Shown in pieces: positions 62,707 through 64,000 of a DNA stretch of 64,000 nt (the first letter of the stretch is position 1; the number at the start of each line of letters is the position of its first letter). Under the pieces are notes generated by a model, which saw nothing but the letters and a program-made list of their open reading frames with translations, was not told the origin of the DNA and searched no databases. Source of the DNA: Takakia lepidozioides (lineage: Eukaryota; Plantae; Bryophyta). Location: the NCBI GenBank assembly GCA_030704615.1, contig CM060733.1:24242001-24306000 (forward strand), written 5' to 3'. The position numbers and the translations under genes were made by a program.

Positions 62707-64000
62707 CAAGAACGGCCGTCAAAAGGGATGAAAGGCGGGCCCATTAATGGATACGGAAAAAGGGGAACGGAACGAACGGCAAGTACAGAAAAGCGAAATT
62801 CTTGTCACATGTGTGATCCTAGTGGACTATCCAGCAAGGAAAGTCCACTAAAGAAAATGAAATCTAAAATCACGTCACATCGGTTACAACCAATAGAAAG
62901 CCAGAGAAAGGATCAAGAAATTGGAGGGAAATTAAGCGCAAGAGGCGGCGTCGTTCTGAGTAACGGGCGTCTCGACGGGACAGACCATCAATGCTATAGC
63001 TTGGAAACTATGGAGGAACTAACAGACTATAGGCTCGCAATATTACTTACGCAGTGGCATAGACACGAAAGAACAGAGCGGAGCTTTTATCTTGAGCGAT
63101 GCTTGCAAGCCTCGCAGGCTTACAAGAAATTACCCATAGCTTTTTGTGGCAACCATACGTTTATGCTTTGCGCACTACAGGCATTTTTGCAGTTGTTACA
63201 GCCAAAACATTTCTGTGGGTCTAAAATGAAGAGAGTGAGAGGAATGGAGGAAATCAGGGTGAAGAGCACCACAATTCTGCAGAAACAAACGATTGCTACC
63301 CCACAGGCGATACAGATACTGAAGGAGCTGAGATTGCAAGGATTGCAAAGCATAGATTGGACATTACACCATAGACAGTACATGTTACAATTTTTGCAGA
63401 ACTTTGAGCCAAGGACAAGAACAACAACGGTGAAGGGAGTTGAATTAGTAATTACTCCCCTATACCTCCAGCAATTGTTTCGATTGCCAGCAGGTCAGGT
63501 GCATGTGGAGGAGCACAGGGCAAGACTGCAAATAGGGGACTTATTCCAAGAAGGGAGTTTCTTTAAAACTCAGGGTTATGCTTGTACCAAGGCCATGTAC
63601 CCAGGGCTAAAGGAGGTAGGCCAGGTGTTGAACGTTATGATTTCCATGAAACAGAACCAACAGTATTTGAGCAGATCCTTCACGGAGGAAATACTCAAAG
63701 CTTTGAAAGGACAAGAGGTAGAATGGGCGGACATAATGTACAACACACTGGTAGAGGAGATGAAAAGATTACAAGGTACTACCGCAAAGTCTCATATCAT
63801 AGTGTCTGGCCCAATCATTGCTCAAATAATTCTTGATTCTGGCATACTTGATGCGCAAGAAAGAAAGGAGATGGGAGTGTTTGAGCCAGAAACCACTGCA
63901 ATGGAAGAGCAAGGCTCTTCACACAGTGAGGGTGGACTAGCAGGGCAACCCGAGACTAAGAGGCAGAGACAGGGAAAGACTGTAGTGGCGGATCCACTGG
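62707..64000 (+). CDS. 3' accessory domain in the Pol frame (Transposase_32/plant-mobile-domain-like, as in Athila-type extra ORFs); open to the window edge
   Basis: Frame +1 is stop-free from 62707 to 64000: QFLQNFEPRTRTTTVKGVELVITPLYLQQLFRLP...EVEWADIMYNTLVEEMKRL...GPIIAQII. Absent from the ORF track because no stop lies in the window. Confidence 0.7.

Larger units (their letters stand above)
54650..64000 (+). mobile_element. Ty3/gypsy LTR retrotransposon, copy 2 of the same family, truncated by the window edge
   Basis: 5' LTR 54650-55587 (938 bp, shorter minisatellite), identical PBS at 55590-55607, ORF0, gag-pol and 3' extra domain. Confidence 0.97.

Noticed and set aside
62701-62712. 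SIRE-like stop-codon readthrough before the 3' ORF
   Set aside because: Copy 1 has GGA at this codon and the context TGA CAA GAA lacks the CARYYA motif; a nonsense mutation is more likely.

Overview
Transposon-dominated eukaryotic DNA from a land plant with flagellated sperm, probably a bryophyte, lycophyte or fern (inferred from an RSP11/ropporin-like radial-spoke gene and moss-type TE families). The core is a four-level nest, and the three inner boundaries are fixed by terminal repeats and target-site duplications (TSDs). A DUF659-type hAT transposase gene is split by a 30-kb CACTA element (7498-37571, TSD ATG). The CACTA contains a Pack-like hAT (17578-35053, TSD GTGCTTTC), whose transposase is interrupted by a young Ty3/gypsy element (23894-33809, TSD AGAGC). 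A second copy of this gypsy family starts at 54650 and runs off the window. The most interesting signals are TE accessory genes: (i) a RING-H2 gene, present twice, next to the DUF659 hAT transposase and sharing palindromic subterminal motifs with it; (ii) a CACTA TnpA-like gene with an FCP1/NIF HAD-phosphatase-like domain between its Transposase_24-like and TNP1-like domains; (iii) a gypsy family with a conserved ORF spanning the LTR/PBS and a 3' accessory domain in frame with Pol, which the ORF track misses; (iv) an in-frame PR-1/Cu-Zn SOD chimera carried by the Pack-hAT. All domain calls are by-eye motif recognition; no database search was run.
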